The position numbers and the translations under genes are program-made. Of a stretch of DNA of 35,822 nucleotides, positions 33,658-35,822 are shown piece by piece; position 1 is the stretch's first letter, and every line of letters starts with the position of its first letter. The notes below the pieces were generated by a model, which worked only from the letters and a program-made list of their open reading frames with translations, was not told the DNA's origin and searched no databases. This DNA is from an uncultured Clostridia bacterium (GTDB lineage: Bacteria; Bacillota; Sulfobacillia; SLMV01): positions 1 through 35,822 of the forward strand of contig CAYLPL010000001.1 of assembly GCA_964385545.1 (NCBI GenBank). Direction: 5' to 3'.

Positions 33658-33684
33658 TGTTGAGAGAGGGTTGACGACGACCCG

Positions 33685-33921
33685 TTGAAGATGGAGATTA
33701 GGGGTCTGGAAAAACTCAGCTTCCGCGAGCGGCAGGTCGTGGCGCTCAAGGAGACGGGACACGGGAACGAAGAGGTGGCCTCGAGACTTGGAATAGGTGC
33801 GAGCACCGTGGCGACACTATTGAGTCGTGCCCGTGGCAAGGGTTATCAGGTGGTACTCGTAATCGAGGGTGATCCCCTGGATATCTTTGGTGAGGCCGCA
33901 GGCGAGGAAGAGGTAGAGTAA
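33685..33921 (+). CDS. Small LuxR/GerE or sigma-70 region-4-like helix-turn-helix protein
   Basis: LSFRERQVVALKETGHGNEEVASRLGIGASTVATLLSRARGKG has the LuxR-type HTH pattern, followed by an acidic tail. Start is TTG 33685 or ATG 33691; the SD is weak. Confidence 0.6.
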   Translation: MKMEIRGLEKLSFRERQVVALKETGHGNEEVASRLGIGASTVATLLSRARGKGYQVVLVIEGDPLDIFGEAAGEEEVE

Positions 33922-33923
33922 CG

Positions 33924-34259
33924 GTGGTCAAGAAGAAGGCGGGTAAGAATAGAATATCTAACTTTAAATTCTATCTCGGACGCCTGCTTCGAGGCGCGCT
34001 CCTTCTAATCTCCGTGGTGCTCTTTTTGTATTTCGTCGGGGTCATGGTCGGGGATTATCGAGAGATAGTGGAGTTGGACGCCCAGATCGAGGAAGTCGAG
34101 GAAGAGATAAGACGGGAAGAGCGGGTGCACGAAGAACTGGAACGTCGGATCGAACTGCTGGAGGACGAGGACTATATCGAAGTGATGGCTCGCAAATACC
34201 TGCGCCTGATCAAGCCCGGTGACGTCCCCTTGAACTGGACCTCCACCGATATTCGTTGA
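33924..34259 (+). CDS. divIC: Septum formation initiator family protein (FtsB/DivIC)
   Basis: A basic N-terminus is followed by a single TM helix (LLLISVVLFLYFVGVMV). A coiled coil follows (IEEVEEEIRREERVHEELERRIELLEDEDYIE), then the conserved ARKYLRLIKPGD ending. Its position matches B. subtilis divIC. Confidence 0.82.
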   Translation: MVKKKAGKNRISNFKFYLGRLLRGALLLISVVLFLYFVGVMVGDYREIVELDAQIEEVEEEIRREERVHEELERRIELLEDEDYIEVMARKYLRLIKPGDVPLNWTSTDIR

Positions 34260-34333
34260 CTCCCTCCCCCTATCACAGTATACTTGCCGAAGGACTTCCT
34301 GCCCTTATCCGGGTGGTTTCGGGGGGTGGCTCT

Positions 34334-35689
34334 GTGCCTCTGAACAGCTATCGCAAACCGCTGGCTCCGGTCAATCCCGCCAAGACACTCGTGGTGGGGT
34401 TTTTGATCGTGATCTTGATCGGTACCGCTTTACTGTCACTTCCCGCAGCCACCGCCGGATCCCAGAGTGCCTCGCCGACCACAGCCCTATTCACCGCCAC
34501 CTCGGCGGTGTGCGTCACCGGGCTCATAGTTGAAGACACGGCGACTTATTGGTCAGTATTCGGGCAGGTGGTCATTTTGCTTTTGTTGGAAATCGGGGGT
34601 TTGGGGATAATGACCATGTCCACCGGCGTTGCCCTGGTGCTGGGGCGCCGGGTGACGCTCCGAAGCCGCCTGATGATACGTGAGGCCATGGGTGAACTTT
34701 CACTTCAGGGAATGGTACGCCTGGTTCGTTACGTGCTCGCGATAGCCTTGAGTTTCCAGGCCGTGGGTTTCATCACCCTAACTGCCAGGTTATCGGCCGA
34801 CTATCCCCTGGGGCGTGCGGCCTTCTTGGGGTTGTTTCACTCGGTATCGGCTTTCAACAACGCGGGTTTCGATCTCTTCAGTACCAGCCTGGAGGGTTTT
34901 GTATCGGATCCATATGTAAACGGGATCATCATGATATTGATCGTTAGCGGTGGTCTCGGTTTCACCGTCATAGCCGAACTATTTCGCCGTCAGGTTAGGG
35001 GATACCGGGGACCATTGTCCCTGCACGCCCGGGTGGTCTTGATGACTTCGGGTGTCTTGTTGGCGGCCGGTACCATCTTCTTTTTCTTTTCGGAGGCGGG
35101 TAATCCGGAAACCATGGGGGAGTTGGGACCCCTTGGGCGAGTACTTTCGGCCATGTTCACCGCGGTGACTCCTCGCACGGCCGGCTTCAACACGCTTCCT
35201 ACCGGTAGCCTGCGGTCGGCGTCGCTGTTTTTCTTGATACTTCTTATGTTCATCGGCGGATCGCCCGGCTCTACCGCGGGAGGCGTGAAGACTACGACGG
35301 TGTTTTCGATGGTCGCCCGCATCTGGGGAACGATCCGGGGTAGCGAGGATGTCCAGGTCCTTGGCCGCCGACTCCCGAAGCAAATCCTTCACCACTCCCT
35401 GGCGATCGTGGTGCTGTCGGCGGCGCTGGTATTCTTCGGGACCCTGGGGCTGTTAGTGTTCGAGGGCTTTACCATATCGGACAGTCTGTTCGAGGTCACT
35501 TCCGCTTTTGGAACCGTCGGGCTTTCCACCGGGGTTACCCCCGATCTGGGATTATTCGGGAGGCTGCTAATAACGGGGATGATGTTTGCGGGTCGCGTTG
35601 GCCCTCTAACCCTGACCCTAGCGCTGGGGCGTAACCCCAGCAAGGGAAATCTTTTCCGTTATCCGGAGGAAGAGGTAATGATAGGATAG
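34334..35689 (+). CDS. ktrB: TrkH/KtrB-family potassium uptake membrane subunit
   Basis: Repeated M1-P-M2 pore motifs appear: TATSAVCVTGL, SVSAFNNAGF, AVTPRTAGFN and VTSAFGTVGLSTG. The ending is LLITGMMFAGRVGPLTL. Start is probably GTG 34334, after GGGGGGTGG; the longest ORF starts at 34256. Confidence 0.9.
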   Translation: MPLNSYRKPLAPVNPAKTLVVGFLIVILIGTALLSLPAATAGSQSASPTTALFTATSAVCVTGLIVEDTATYWSVFGQVVILLLLEIGGLGIMTMSTGVALVLGRRVTLRSRLMIREAMGELSLQGMVRLVRYVLAIALSFQAVGFITLTARLSADYPLGRAAFLGLFHSVSAFNNAGFDLFSTSLEGFVSDPYVNGIIMILIVSGGLGFTVIAELFRRQVRGYRGPLSLHARVVLMTSGVLLAAGTIFFFFSEAGNPETMGELGPLGRVLSAMFTAVTPRTAGFNTLPTGSLRSASLFFLILLMFIGGSPGSTAGGVKTTTVFSMVARIWGTIRGSEDVQVLGRRLPKQILHHSLAIVVLSAALVFFGTLGLLVFEGFTISDSLFEVTSAFGTVGLSTGVTPDLGLFGRLLITGMMFAGRVGPLTLTLALGRNPSKGNLFRYPEEEVMIG

Positions 35690-35722
35690 ATCGGGTAGAG
35701 TCGAATCTGTGGAGGTGTACTG

Positions 35723-35822
35723 ATGCCGACCACCAAGGAATTCGTGGTCATCGGGATGGGCCGTTTTGGAGCCAGCTTGGCGAGCACGTTATATGCCATG
35801 GGTTACAGCGTAATGGGCATCG
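35723..35822 (+). CDS. ktrA: TrkA/KtrA-family K+ uptake regulatory subunit (RCK N-domain), 3' end cut by the window edge
   Basis: ATG 35723 lies 5 nt after GGAGGTG. MPTTKEFVVIGMGRFGASLASTLYAMGYSVMGI carries the Rossmann GxGxxG. It sits immediately downstream of ktrB. Confidence 0.8.
   Translation, partial: MPTTKEFVVIGMGRFGASLASTLYAMGYSVMGI

Noticed and set aside
33408-33839. ORFs inside the 33405-33684 intergenic gap: 143 aa on the minus strand, 61 aa on the plus strand (33435..33620), and a 34-codon minus-strand ORF beginning MKDTRTII.
   Set aside because: None has a Shine-Dalgarno sequence. The 143-aa ORF runs antisense through the HTH gene, and the compositions are not protein-like. A small RNA or peptide cannot be excluded, but nothing in the sequence supports one.

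Overview
This is a roughly 60% GC bacterial chromosomal segment, almost fully coding, and it looks like core housekeeping DNA rather than an accessory island. From about 15.5 kb to 34.3 kb the gene order is the classic origin-proximal Bacillota (Firmicutes) block: pyrG, veg, ispE, purR, spoVG, glmU, prs, ctc (rplY), pth, mfd, spoVT, yabM-like flippase, yabN (mazG), hup, yabO, divIC, all on the + strand. An htrA-like/rlmH pair at 1-2.6 kb also mirrors B. subtilis yyxA-yydA. The host is therefore probably a high-GC, deep-branching Firmicutes-like lineage, though phylum assignment is inference only. The first 15 kb carries murA, fabI, a Na/Pi-PhoU transporter, an MBL hydrolase, a ferredoxin fusion protein, a membrane GGDEF cyclase, argS, an S9 peptidase and an MFS/MscS-like pair. 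The window ends with ktrB/ktrA-type K+ uptake genes. I saw no rRNA or tRNA genes, CRISPR arrays, transposases, integrases or recognisable defence genes. I did not find a convincing novel multi-gene system. The observations most worth a second look are: (1) mfd is broken by two in-frame stop codons 99 nt apart, in a genome that otherwise uses TAA and TAG as true stops. (2) Three near-consensus DnaA boxes cluster in the divergent intergenic region where sporeformers carry yabP-yabQ. (3) The pyrG leader has a GGGC start, a C-run hairpin and a U-tract, like the B. subtilis reiterative-transcription attenuator. (4) A small Cys-containing domain is fused to a four-cluster ferredoxin. All product calls come from reading the supplied translations against remembered family motifs; no searches were run. 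Start codons were chosen by Shine-Dalgarno spacing and several are uncertain.
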